From contig JACQSA010000020.1 of assembly GCA_016206145.1 (NCBI GenBank), positions 1-40,301 on the forward strand: a stretch of 40,301 nt of DNA. The letters run 5' to 3'. Shown piece by piece: positions 17,921 through 27,582 of this stretch. Position 1 is the stretch's first letter; each line of letters starts with the position of its first letter. A program made the position numbers and the translations under genes. A model generated the notes under the pieces. It had not been told where the DNA came from, searched no databases, and saw nothing but the letters and a program-made list of their open reading frames with translations. Source of the stretch: Candidatus Uhrbacteria bacterium. Lineage in GTDB: Bacteria > Patescibacteriota > Patescibacteriia > JACQRZ01.

Positions 17921-19996
17921 CTATAAAATCTCTTTCAGCTTATCCTTATACTTTGAATACAAAAAAGATGTCCCAAGTAATATGCCTCCGAGGAGCATAA
18001 AAGAAATGGTCCGATAGAGCGTGCTGAACTCTCGAGTGTCGTAAAGAAACACTTTAAAAATGGTAAATCCGAGAAGCACAATGCCCTGATATCTCAACTG
18101 TCGCCGTCCTTGATAAAACCCAACCAACAAAAGAAATAATCCGAGCGCACCCCAACCAAAAGAAATCCAATAGTTTTTGAGCTCCAATAGAATAAGAAGC
18201 ACGCTGGCAACTGTACCAAGTATGCTATAGATCTCAATTAAAGAATTAGTATCTTTCTCTGTCCCTTTTCCTCTCTGTGCGTAGAGATAGCTGCTCGCGC
18301 AATAGAATAATGCGATACCTGAGGCAAACGCAAACACTCTCCAATTCATTCCAAGCAGGTATGCGCCAGATGTCACTATGAAGCCATCAAAAAAAATAAC
18401 TTTTGCCGCCACGATAAAACTCAGGGTAATTCCTTGATATTTAGATTCGCGAAACGGTGTATTGAGGAATAGGCAAAGTAAGATAAAAGCACACAACGAC
18501 CACAAGGCCGTGATCAGATGCGGATACTCTATGAATTCAAGAAATATTGTAACGCAAAGTAGGAATGAAGCTGAAACCGAATATACCAACGGAGCGTGTG
18601 ATATGCCATATCCGCTGATTTTTTTGTTCTTCCATGCGACGAAGGAGATGATAGCAAAACAGATTGTTGTAAAAAGAAAAGAAAAAAACCTTGTACTATC
18701 CATGAAGGCATCAAAATGCAATGGGTGAAGTTCCCACGCGTCATAAAAGATAGTTTTAAGTAAGGTGATGCCACCAACAAAGTAAGAGGAATAGAGATAG
18801 GCGTGATAGCGAAATCGAATGCCAAGCATCGTGAAAAGTAAGGTCAATAAAGACCATGCGGGCGTTATCCATGGCTGATCAAATTGCAATGGAATTGCAA
18901 TCGTTAAAAATAATATTCCTGCGTACAGGCTCGTATCCATGACAGCTCGCCGATGATACACGCGTGAGATATAACTGAGAAAAAAATAAAAAACAGCTAA
19001 GGAAACACTAAACAGCGCATCGGCGGCAGGAACATGAATTCGTATCAGATAGAATCCGAAAGCAAAAAAGCAAACCGCATTGATAACAGTTATGATGCTG
19101 TTTGTAATCTCAATAGTAGAGGAGTCATTCTTTTCTTTTGATGCAAGGAGGAGTGTCTGAATAGTGTGCGCTAAAAAATAGAGCGAGAGGAATGAAAGTG
19201 CAATCCAAAAATTCTCTGCCCCATGATTTGTTTGCCACATGCCATAGAGAATGTAAGTACCTATCAACCCGCCCATACCAATCAATGGCCATTTCTTATA
19301 CGCAACAACGAAAATAAGGGCGGATACCAAAATAAGACTGTATAGAAGCGTTGCAATTTGAAAATCTCCACCGAGTAATGCCGTAATAAAACCTAGTAAA
19401 AACGCTTCCGCCGCAATGATTTGTGAATTGTCTCGCAAAGAAAAAAATACTGTTGCTGCTGCAACAATGCCGAGTAAGGCAAGGTCTGTGCCTTGCGATA
19501 TTCCGATCGCATTGCGGTACGCAACAAAATGATACGCCGCATATACTATAAAATATATAATCGCTAATCCGCCACCGGTAAGTCCCCTTCCCCATCGTAG
19601 ATATTTTTCCTTGCGGGCGGCGTATTCTCCACCGATAATCAGTAACACACCAAACACTCCTCCGATGAGAATTCTTGCAAGATAGCTGATAAGATTATTG
19701 TCAATTGCGTATTTTATAAAAAAACCCACACCAATAACCAACGCCGCAATCCCGATCCAACTAAACCACTTGATTCCAATATTTTCTTCAAAATTTGATG
19801 CTTTCTTTTCAGTGCTAATGCTAAGCGCTGGTTGGATTGAAGGAGAGCTTGTCGTCGGAACAGTCGCTACTATTGGAATGGGTGTAATGATTGATTCTTT
19901 CTTGAGTATGTTATTTTTTTCAAGCAAAGAAAGGATACGCTCGTTTTGCTTTTTTAGGTCATCAATCTGTTGCTGAAGCGACTTTAGAGTGGACAT
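17921..19996 (-). CDS. DUF2339-type polytopic membrane protein
   Basis: FEENIGIKWFSWIGIAALVIGVGFFIKYA, many TM helices, C-terminal KVFLYD...YRTISFMLLG..SFLY. Confidence 0.85.
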   Translation of the reverse strand: MSTLKSLQQQIDDLKKQNERILSLLEKNNILKKESIITPIPIVATVPTTSSPSIQPALSISTEKKASNFEENIGIKWFSWIGIAALVIGVGFFIKYAIDNNLISYLARILIGGVFGVLLIIGGEYAARKEKYLRWGRGLTGGGLAIIYFIVYAAYHFVAYRNAIGISQGTDLALLGIVAAATVFFSLRDNSQIIAAEAFLLGFITALLGGDFQIATLLYSLILVSALIFVVAYKKWPLIGMGGLIGTYILYGMWQTNHGAENFWIALSFLSLYFLAHTIQTLLLASKEKNDSSTIEITNSIITVINAVCFFAFGFYLIRIHVPAADALFSVSLAVFYFFLSYISRVYHRRAVMDTSLYAGILFLTIAIPLQFDQPWITPAWSLLTLLFTMLGIRFRYHAYLYSSYFVGGITLLKTIFYDAWELHPLHFDAFMDSTRFFSFLFTTICFAIISFVAWKNKKISGYGISHAPLVYSVSASFLLCVTIFLEFIEYPHLITALWSLCAFILLCLFLNTPFRESKYQGITLSFIVAAKVIFFDGFIVTSGAYLLGMNWRVFAFASGIALFYCASSYLYAQRGKGTEKDTNSLIEIYSILGTVASVLLILLELKNYWISFGWGALGLFLLLVGFYQGRRQLRYQGIVLLGFTIFKVFLYDTREFSTLYRTISFMLLGGILLGTSFLYSKYKDKLKEIL

Positions 19997-20116
19997 ACTA
20001 TTTCAGTTGATAATAATGAGTAAACCTTATCAATTACAGTATAGCATATTTTCATTACATGGATCCGCTTTTGATTTTATCCGAAGGTAGCCTACATTCT
20101 ATCCACAGAGTAATCC

Positions 20117-20148
20117 TTGACCCTCCATATCGTATGATATAGTATGAT
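20117..20148 (+). promoter_or_regulatory. Sigma70 promoter with tandem GTATGAT boxes
   Basis: TTGACC-17 nt-TAGTAT; GTATGAT at 20132 and 20142. Confidence 0.5.
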
Positions 20149-20165
20149 GAATAGAAAAGTTACCT

Positions 20166-21002
20166 ATGGACCGCGGACGCCTCACAATCACGCTCAAAAA
20201 AGAAATTCTCAAAAAACTCGATGACTGCATCGACGGTTCTCGCATTCGCAACCGCTCCCATGCCATTGAGTATGTGCTGGCGCGATATTTTGCTCCGAAA
20301 CTCAAAAAAGCTCTCATTCTTGCGGGCGGAAAAGGAGTGAAGATGAGGCCATTTACATACGAAATGCCGAAATGCCTCATACCAGTCAACGGCAGGCCAG
20401 TCCTTGATTATACGATAGAAAACCTTCGAAGATATGATATTCGCGATATTATCATCTCAATCGGATACCATGGAGAAAAAATACGCGAATATGTCGGCGA
20501 TGGAAGCCGCTACGGAGTAAAAATTACCTATATAGAACAAAAGGGATCAGAAGTCGGGACGGCGGCACCATTACGGCAAGTAAAAAAACTTGTCGGCGCC
20601 GAGCCGTTTGTCCTTTACTATGCTGACGTGCTTGCCAAAATCAATTACGACGATATGTTCGATTTCCATATTGCAAATGATGGAGTTGCCACTATGGCGC
20701 TGACATCGGTCGCGAAGTCATCGGATTGGGGGGTCGTACGCGTGCAAGGAAGCAGAGTATACTCATTCCTGGAAAAACCGGATCATCGCAAGGATCTTTC
20801 AAAAATCATCAATGTCGGAATCTATATTTGTGAACCGAACATCTTTGATTCCGTCACCCCGCACGCAAAAAGATTGGAAAAGGACGTATTTCCAAAACTT
20901 GTGGAACAACATAAGCTTACCGGCTATATCTTCGCGGGACAGTGGTTTGATGTCGGTAATCCCGAAAGCTATAAACAAGCAGTGGAAGAATGGAAAGTGT
21001 AA
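20166..21002 (+). CDS. Ribbon-helix-helix domain fused to sugar-phosphate nucleotidyltransferase
   Basis: RLTITLKKEILKKLD...NRSHAIE (RHH), then ALILAGGKGVKMRPFTYEMPK, GTAAPL, FLEKP, WFDVG. Confidence 0.85.
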   Translation: MDRGRLTITLKKEILKKLDDCIDGSRIRNRSHAIEYVLARYFAPKLKKALILAGGKGVKMRPFTYEMPKCLIPVNGRPVLDYTIENLRRYDIRDIIISIGYHGEKIREYVGDGSRYGVKITYIEQKGSEVGTAAPLRQVKKLVGAEPFVLYYADVLAKINYDDMFDFHIANDGVATMALTSVAKSSDWGVVRVQGSRVYSFLEKPDHRKDLSKIINVGIYICEPNIFDSVTPHAKRLEKDVFPKLVEQHKLTGYIFAGQWFDVGNPESYKQAVEEWKV

Positions 21003-21039
21003 AAACCTCTATAATTCATAGTATGTAACCAATCGAGAT

Positions 21040-22278
21040 ATGCCAATGCCAAAGATACAATACGTAGATGAGAGCGAAATAAAAAACAAGAAAGTTCTTT
21101 TGCGGGTTGATTTTAATGTGTCCATGGATTCAACCTCTGAAATAGCGGATGATACGCGCATGCAGCAATCGCTCCCCACGATCCAACATCTTCTCAAAAA
21201 CAATAATCGGCTTATTATTGTGTCCCATCTTGGCCGTCCCGAAGGGCGAGATCCAAAATATTCCTTGAAGGTAGTGGCGGAAAAACTCCAGCAGTATCTT
21301 CCCTCTTATAAAATCACAGTGGTAGATGATTTCCTTACAGAGCTGGTGGTTGAAAAAACCGAAGAAGGCGAGGCGAAAAAACACATCCAGACCTATCCGA
21401 AAGATCAAGCTCAGAATCAAATTCTTTTGTTGGAAAATATCCGCTACTACGCAGAAGAAAAACAAAACGACCAAGCATTCGCCCGCAAACTTGCATCTCT
21501 TGCGCAAGTGTATGTGAATGACGCGTTTGGCGTAAGTCATCGCACCGATGCATCGGTTGTTGGCGTCCCGCTGTATCTGCCTTCCTACGGAGGGCTTCTG
21601 CTTAAAAAGGAAGTGGGGATGATCGGAAAGCTATTAGACGATCCCGAAAAACCATTTGTTGCAATCATTGGTGGCGCAAAGATCGCCACCAAAATTGCGT
21701 TGATCGGAAGGTTGCTCGAACTTGCGGATTACCTTCTCATCGGCGGAGGACTTGCAAATACATTTTTGGCGGCGCAAGGATATGAAGTCGGAAAAAGTTT
21801 CTGCGAATATGAACGCATTGAACATGCACGAAGACTGCTTTTTGTGGCAGCGCAAAAAAATACTGCCGTAATCCTGCCTTCCGATGTCGCAGTTGGAGAT
21901 CCTAAAGATACGAATAACGGAAGTAAAATCAAAAGAATCACCGACCTTACCAAAGAAGACCAGATTCTTGATATTGGCCCGGAAAGCCAAGCAAAATATG
22001 GCGCCCTGATCAGTAAAGCAAAAACAATTATATGGAATGGCCCTGTCGGATATTTTGAAAATTCTCAATATCGAAGGGGGACAGATTTCATCTATTTCTC
22101 GATCACGGAAAATAGTGATGCGACATCAGTCGTAGGAGGAGGAGATACCCTTGCCGCAATTTCAAAAAAAGAATATCTGGAAAAAATCTCGCACGTATCT
22201 ACCGGCGGTGCAGCGATGTTGGAATTTATGGAAAAGGGGAGCTTACCCGGAATCGAAGCGCTTGCACTCAAGACTTGA
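21040..22278 (+). CDS. pgk: Phosphoglycerate kinase
   Basis: RVDFNV, SHLGRP, LLENIRY, VNDAFGVSHR, IGGAKI, WNGPVG, GGGDT, HVSTGGAA. Confidence 0.97.
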   Translation: MPMPKIQYVDESEIKNKKVLLRVDFNVSMDSTSEIADDTRMQQSLPTIQHLLKNNNRLIIVSHLGRPEGRDPKYSLKVVAEKLQQYLPSYKITVVDDFLTELVVEKTEEGEAKKHIQTYPKDQAQNQILLLENIRYYAEEKQNDQAFARKLASLAQVYVNDAFGVSHRTDASVVGVPLYLPSYGGLLLKKEVGMIGKLLDDPEKPFVAIIGGAKIATKIALIGRLLELADYLLIGGGLANTFLAAQGYEVGKSFCEYERIEHARRLLFVAAQKNTAVILPSDVAVGDPKDTNNGSKIKRITDLTKEDQILDIGPESQAKYGALISKAKTIIWNGPVGYFENSQYRRGTDFIYFSITENSDATSVVGGGDTLAAISKKEYLEKISHVSTGGAAMLEFMEKGSLPGIEALALKT

Positions 22279-22317
22279 AGAAACAAACAAAGAGAACCAC
22301 ATAATAAATAACTCGCC

Positions 22318-22483
22318 GAACCGATACCCCTTTCAATACCTTTGAGTCGATACGAGAACGAAGTGGGGTTTTTGGAGTTGAGCGTGGAAGATATCTTATT
22401 GTCAGAAAGAAAAAGTAGAGATCAACGATAAAAAACTCCCTTCGTTCTTTGAGACGACTGGGTATTGAAAGGAGTATCGGTTC
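22318..22483. repeat. Long imperfect inverted repeat (166-nt hairpin) between convergent pgk and yvcK
   Basis: 22318-22340 pairs with 22461-22483 (1 mismatch); AGTCG/CGACT; 22354-22373 pairs with 22431-22449; GTTGA/TCAAC. Confidence 0.85.
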
Positions 22484-22485
22484 TG

Positions 22486-23478
22486 TTATCTGACACAATC
22501 AAAAATCGCTTTTGCGATTTTTTCCGAATCGTGGCGCAAAATGCTTCTTTGAAGACTGTCGCCTTTCACTTTTTTAATTGTCCCGTTCGCAATAAAATCC
22601 GAAGCGATAACTCGCGCTCCTTTCTTTCTACATTCATCAATATCTGGCTGTACAAATTCCGCTTTTCCCAATTTGTATTTTTTCAAAAGAGCAGAGGTGG
22701 GTTTTTTTGTGTTCACAATCACGACATCAATACCGTCTTTGCCATTATGAGCTCCAAGATAGCGATTTAATGTGGTAAAAAAATCTGATGCAGCAAAACC
22801 ATTTGTCTGGCCGAATTTCGTCATAATGTTGGCAACTAAAATCTTCTGAGCTTTTGAGGACCGTATCGCATCTGCCATGCCGCGCACTAAAATATTCGGC
22901 AGCGTGCTCGTATAAAGATCACCGGGGCCAAACACAATTGCATCCGCGTCATGGATCAATCGAATCGCACGATGATTCGCAGGGCCCACAGGTGAAAGTT
23001 TCATTGCAACGATTTTTAAATTGCCATTATACCGTGGTTCGTCAATATGATGCTCACCCATGATGCGTATTCCGTTTTCCAATGTGGCGGAAAGTTTTGT
23101 CGAGGCGAGCATCACCGGTACGACCTGCCCTCGTACATTGAGTAATTTTGCACACAATTTCAACGCCTCTTCGATATTGCCGGTAATTTTTTCCAATGCG
23201 GCAATCAAAATATTCCCAACAGTGTGGCCAAGCAGTGACCCCCGATCAAAACGATAAGAGAACAGTTTCTGTAAAATTGGATCGGTAAACGAGAGCCCAA
23301 GCAGACACTGCCGCAAATCGCCAGGCGGCATGACATTCAATTCTTTGCGAAGTCGCCCCGTTGACCCTCCATCATCTGCAGTAGAAACAATTACGCTATT
23401 ATTCGTCGGAAACGATCGCAACCCTTTCAAAAGAGTAAGAGTCCCTGTTCCGCCTCCGATGATTACGATATTTTTCAT
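22486..23478 (-). CDS. yvcK: YvcK/GlmR (CofD-like) family protein
   Basis: [45 protein letters not shown]. Confidence 0.92.
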   Translation of the reverse strand: MKNIVIIGGGTGTLTLLKGLRSFPTNNSVIVSTADDGGSTGRLRKELNVMPPGDLRQCLLGLSFTDPILQKLFSYRFDRGSLLGHTVGNILIAALEKITGNIEEALKLCAKLLNVRGQVVPVMLASTKLSATLENGIRIMGEHHIDEPRYNGNLKIVAMKLSPVGPANHRAIRLIHDADAIVFGPGDLYTSTLPNILVRGMADAIRSSKAQKILVANIMTKFGQTNGFAASDFFTTLNRYLGAHNGKDGIDVVIVNTKKPTSALLKKYKLGKAEFVQPDIDECRKKGARVIASDFIANGTIKKVKGDSLQRSILRHDSEKIAKAIFDCVR

Positions 23479-24653
23479 GAATTTTCTTTTATCTCTTTAA
23501 ATGCGTGCAAGGCCGTATCGAGATGTTCCTTTGTGTGTGCCGCAGAAATCTGCACGCGAATGCGGGCTTTTCCTTTCGGAACCACCGGGTAGGTGAAACC
23601 GCGCACATAAATGCCTTTTTCAAATAAGGCAGATGCCATCTCTGTGGCTAGTTTTTCTTCAAACAGCATAACCGGCGTGATAGGATGCGTGCCATCGCCT
23701 CCTAATGTAAACCCCAATTTTTCCATTCCCGATCTAAAATAATAAGTATTTTCAATCAACTGCCCACGCAGATGAGAAAACGTGCCGTCAAAATTCTGTA
23801 GCACATACAAAGCCGCGGCAGTAATGGCGGGAGATACACTGTTAGAAAATAATGTCGTACGGCTTCTTTGCCGTAAAACATTAATTATTTCTTTACGACC
23901 CGCGGTAAATCCGCCTCCTGCTCCACCCAAAGCCTTACCAAATGTCGAGGTTACAATGTCCACTCTGTCCATAACTCCAGCCTGCTCTATGCTTCCCCTA
24001 CCGGTTTTACCCAGCACTCCGCTGGCATGAGAATCATCTACCATAACCGATGCCCCGTATGTATCAGCTAAATCGCAAATTTCTTTAAGCGTTGCCGTGA
24101 TGCCATCCATACTGAATACGCCATCAGTCGCGATTAATTTTCTCCGTCTGTTTCCGGAAGTTTTCAATTGATTCTCTAAATCGTCCATATCACAGTTTTT
24201 ATAACGAAATCTTTCGGCTTTACACAAGCGAACGCCGTCAATAATAGAAGCATGGTTTAATTCGTCGCTGAATATAGCGTCGCCTTCTTTCAAAATAGTT
24301 TCAAACAATCCAGTATTCGCGTCAAAACAAGAAGTATACAAAATAGCATCTTCCTGACGAAAAAACCTTGCAACCTCTGCCTCCAAATCTTTATGTAACG
24401 TATTGGTGCCACAAATAAAAGGAACGCTCGCCATGCCAAAACCGTACCGTTCCATTCCTTCCTGCGCGGCTTTCACTAACTCCGATGAAGACGCAAGTCC
24501 AAGATAATTATTGCCGCAAAAATTAAGTAATTTTTTCCCGTCAATCATAATCTGAGCGCCTTGCCGGCCTTCGATTACCTTTTCTTCCTTATACATTCCT
24601 GCCGATTTTATTTCCTCGAGTTCTTGTTGTAATTGATCTTGAAAGGAATACAT
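23475..24653 (-). CDS. kbl: Glycine C-acetyltransferase (2-amino-3-ketobutyrate CoA ligase)
   Basis: [66 protein letters not shown]; adjacent to tdh. Confidence 0.93.
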   Translation of the reverse strand: MYSFQDQLQQELEEIKSAGMYKEEKVIEGRQGAQIMIDGKKLLNFCGNNYLGLASSSELVKAAQEGMERYGFGMASVPFICGTNTLHKDLEAEVARFFRQEDAILYTSCFDANTGLFETILKEGDAIFSDELNHASIIDGVRLCKAERFRYKNCDMDDLENQLKTSGNRRRKLIATDGVFSMDGITATLKEICDLADTYGASVMVDDSHASGVLGKTGRGSIEQAGVMDRVDIVTSTFGKALGGAGGGFTAGRKEIINVLRQRSRTTLFSNSVSPAITAAALYVLQNFDGTFSHLRGQLIENTYYFRSGMEKLGFTLGGDGTHPITPVMLFEEKLATEMASALFEKGIYVRGFTYPVVPKGKARIRVQISAAHTKEHLDTALHAFKEIKENS

Positions 24654-24670
24654 ATGATAGGGTGCAGATA

Positions 24671-25825
24671 CTAAAACTGGATTAAAATCTTTGGATGGTG
24701 GAGCATCATCTGCTCAAAGCGCTCTACTGTATAGTCTTTGATGGGCAAGATTGTCCCTTCACCACGCTGCAAAATCACATTAAACATTTTCTCTTGAATT
24801 CCATTGCGTGTATCCTCAAGAAGAGAACGTGTTGTTTCCCACGTTTCAAATACACGACGACCGATGACTGCATGCAGAGTAAGTCCTCGCACAATAAGAC
24901 GATCGTAGTGTTCGATCGTAAAGTTTCCCGATTTGATACCAAACAGAATAACATCGCCGCCTCTTCGTGTCGAGAGGATTGCATTGTTTACGGAAGAATT
25001 AAACCCCGCCATCTCGAATGAAACATCAACACCAATGCCACCTGTTATTTCAAAAATCTCTTTTACGATATTCTGGTCATGCTCAAATGGGTGTGTTTTT
25101 TCTTGCGGCTTCAAAGGAATCACATAATCAACACCGAGCTCGCGCGCCATGGATGCAGCTTTCTCATTCGGTTCGATACCGATAATTGTAGACGCGCCAA
25201 GTCCTTTTGCTACAAGCGCCGCAAAAAGCCCGATAGGGCCCAAGCCGCACAAGGCAACTGTTTTACCTCGAAGATCCACCTTGCGCGCGGCGTGGACAGC
25301 ATTGCCAAACGGCTCCTGCATAGCGGCAACTTCCGGACGAATCTTTGATGTGTTAGTCTTCCACACAATATGGGCAGGCACTTTTACCAATTCCGCAAAT
25401 GCTCCGTCGTGGGAAATACCTAAAATCTTCTCGTTCGTACATACGTGCTTCTCACCCCGCACGCATTGAAAACATTGGTTGCAGATAACATGGGACTCAC
25501 AGGACACAAAATCGCCTTTGCGTATATGGTACTCTGCTTCGACCCGAGATCCGACTTGGACAACTTCACCAAAGAACTCGTGCCCGACAATGCGATGCTC
25601 CTTTTGCTCCATTTCAAGACTCCCGAGAATTTGATCGCGGAATGCGTGACGCAACCATATTCCCCGATCAGAACCACATACGCCTGCATAGTGCACCTTA
25701 ATGATGACGGCGTGCGCGTCAGTTTTGTTTTCTTTTTCATTCAGTGCAGGAGCGGATACTTCTTTCATTTCAAACCCCTTTGAAGTCTCCCATCCATTTT
25801 TTTTGTTGAAAATAAGTGCTATCAT
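24671..25825 (-). CDS. tdh: L-threonine 3-dehydrogenase (Zn-dependent MDR)
   Basis: [24 protein letters not shown]...[16 protein letters not shown]; adjacent to kbl. Confidence 0.85.
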   Translation of the reverse strand: MIALIFNKKNGWETSKGFEMKEVSAPALNEKENKTDAHAVIIKVHYAGVCGSDRGIWLRHAFRDQILGSLEMEQKEHRIVGHEFFGEVVQVGSRVEAEYHIRKGDFVSCESHVICNQCFQCVRGEKHVCTNEKILGISHDGAFAELVKVPAHIVWKTNTSKIRPEVAAMQEPFGNAVHAARKVDLRGKTVALCGLGPIGLFAALVAKGLGASTIIGIEPNEKAASMARELGVDYVIPLKPQEKTHPFEHDQNIVKEIFEITGGIGVDVSFEMAGFNSSVNNAILSTRRGGDVILFGIKSGNFTIEHYDRLIVRGLTLHAVIGRRVFETWETTRSLLEDTRNGIQEKMFNVILQRGEGTILPIKDYTVERFEQMMLHHPKILIQF

Positions 25826-26562
25826 ATTTTTTTATTTTTTCCTCCCGTATACTCATACTCATCTTCGCGTAAGCGTCGCAGTCCAGGGCCTTGAGTCATT
25901 TCCTCATGAATGTGCGCAATAAGACCCGGTACTCGTCCGATAAGAAACACCCCTCTTGCCTGAATGGGGTCAAATCCCATATCAAGAAGGACTGCCGCCA
26001 GTGCTCCGTCTATATTCAGTGGCAATTTCTTTGACGAAACTGCATTGAGCGATTTTTCTACCATCAACGCAAATTCGCAATATGTTCCAAAAAAACCCAG
26101 TTCACGCGCCTTGGCACACAAGGCAGTCACGCGAGAATCTTCCAAAAGAACTTTATGGCCGTACCCCGGAACACGAATCTTTTTTTCTTTCAAGGATCCA
26201 ATCAATACATCAATGTCTGCTGTGTCTTTCTGCGACGAAAAAAATTCTGCCGCATCCTGTGCTGCTCCGCCATGGAGTTTCCCAAACGCAAGGATCCCGC
26301 TTGCAAGCGCAGTGTGCAGACTATTGCCTGTCGATGCCGTAAGCCGAGACACAACCGCTGACGCAACTCCAATACCATGATCAATACACGCAACGAGCAA
26401 CGCATCCATCATTCTCGCTTCAGCTGCAGATGGCAATGTGCCGCGCAATACTAAAAATACCACATCGCTAAAACTTTTTTTTGCCATCAATGAGGTCAAC
26501 TCATAGCCACGGATAGATTCTTTGCCGTGTTCCACTTCGCTAATTGCTGTGCGCCATTTCAT
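25822..26562 (-). CDS. Citryl-CoA lyase (citrate-synthase fold)
   Basis: MKWRTAIS, IRGY, IDHG, HGGA, VPGYGHKV, LNIDG, GRVPGLIAH. Confidence 0.88.
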   Translation of the reverse strand: MKWRTAISEVEHGKESIRGYELTSLMAKKSFSDVVFLVLRGTLPSAAEARMMDALLVACIDHGIGVASAVVSRLTASTGNSLHTALASGILAFGKLHGGAAQDAAEFFSSQKDTADIDVLIGSLKEKKIRVPGYGHKVLLEDSRVTALCAKARELGFFGTYCEFALMVEKSLNAVSSKKLPLNIDGALAAVLLDMGFDPIQARGVFLIGRVPGLIAHIHEEMTQGPGLRRLREDEYEYTGGKNKKI

Positions 26563-26687
26563 CCCGTTAGAGGGCTGTCGCCTTATGATTTATGATAATT
26601 GCTATAGTCATAGAGTATTATGTTACAATGTCGTTGTTGCCGTAAGGAAAAATTTAAGATTTTTCCTGTCGAGACCCTCTAACGGGA
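26563..26687. mobile_element. MITE-like element with 12-bp terminal inverted repeats, flanked by TTCAT direct repeats
   Basis: CCCGTTAGAGGG (26563-74) / CCCTCTAACGGG (26675-86); TTCAT at 26558-62 and 26688-92; internal 9-bp hairpin 26645-26667. Confidence 0.65.
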
Positions 26688-26688
26688 T

Positions 26689-27582
26689 TCATACCACATC
26701 CTTAATTACGATGGCCATATCTTCGTAACGATCAACGACTGTTGCCCCACTCGCGCGAAGAGCTGTTTCTTTCTCTTGCACAGAGCCCTTCCCTTTTTCT
26801 ATCAATGCGCCTGCATGGCCGATCGTCATACCCTCAGGAAGTTGTTGCGCGAATTTTCCACCGATAAAAACAACCAAGGGTTTTGTAAACTGTTTCTTTA
26901 AAAGCATTTCGGCGACAACACATTCATATTCTCCGCCTACTTCTCCAAACAATACAACGCCTTTGGTATCCGGATCCGCTTCAAAAAGTTTCAATGCGTC
27001 TGCATAGGGCGTACCGATCAAGAGATCACCGCCAACGTGAATTGCAGTAGAGATGCCAATCCCTTTGCGTCGAAGCTGCCAAGAAACTTCGTTCATCATG
27101 CCGCCGGATCGTGAGATGACTCCGACAGTGCCGAGAGCATAGATCGCATCAGGATCATCTCCTCCCGCGACTCCGATACGCCCCTTTCCAGAACTGATAA
27201 TACCCAAAGATGCCGGCCCCACGATCCTCACTTTATGCCGATGAGCCAATGCAAGGCACTCCGCAGTGTCCCGAATCGGAATGCGCTCAGTCATCACGTT
27301 GATAAGAGGAATCCCGGCTGCGATTGCTTCTCTGATGGCATCTGCGGCAGCAAAAGGAGGTACATAAATCGCTGTGGCATTGATATCGGGATGATATTTG
27401 AACGCGTGTTCAATGCTGTCATATACAGGGATACCGTCAATGTTCTGGCTGCCTTTGCCGGGAGTGACACCTGCAACTACGATCGTATGATACGCGCGTG
27501 CGGCAATGCTTGCTCGCCGCCCCTCCTTGCCCGTAATGCCTTGAATAAGAAGGCGGGTAGATTCATCTATCAAAATGCTCAT
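26689..27582 (-). CDS. SucD-like CoA-ligase alpha subunit (citryl-CoA synthetase / ATP-citrate lyase part)
   Basis: IQGITGKEG, GVTPGKG, IYVPP, SRSGG, GEVGG, phospho-His motif IGHAGA. Confidence 0.85.
   Translation of the reverse strand: MSILIDESTRLLIQGITGKEGRRASIAARAYHTIVVAGVTPGKGSQNIDGIPVYDSIEHAFKYHPDINATAIYVPPFAAADAIREAIAAGIPLINVMTERIPIRDTAECLALAHRHKVRIVGPASLGIISSGKGRIGVAGGDDPDAIYALGTVGVISRSGGMMNEVSWQLRRKGIGISTAIHVGGDLLIGTPYADALKLFEADPDTKGVVLFGEVGGEYECVVAEMLLKKQFTKPLVVFIGGKFAQQLPEGMTIGHAGALIEKGKGSVQEKETALRASGATVVDRYEDMAIVIKDVV

Noticed and set aside
20099-20107. DnaA-box-like CTATCCACA suggesting an origin
   Set aside because: Single mismatched box, no cluster, and no dnaA/dnaN nearby.
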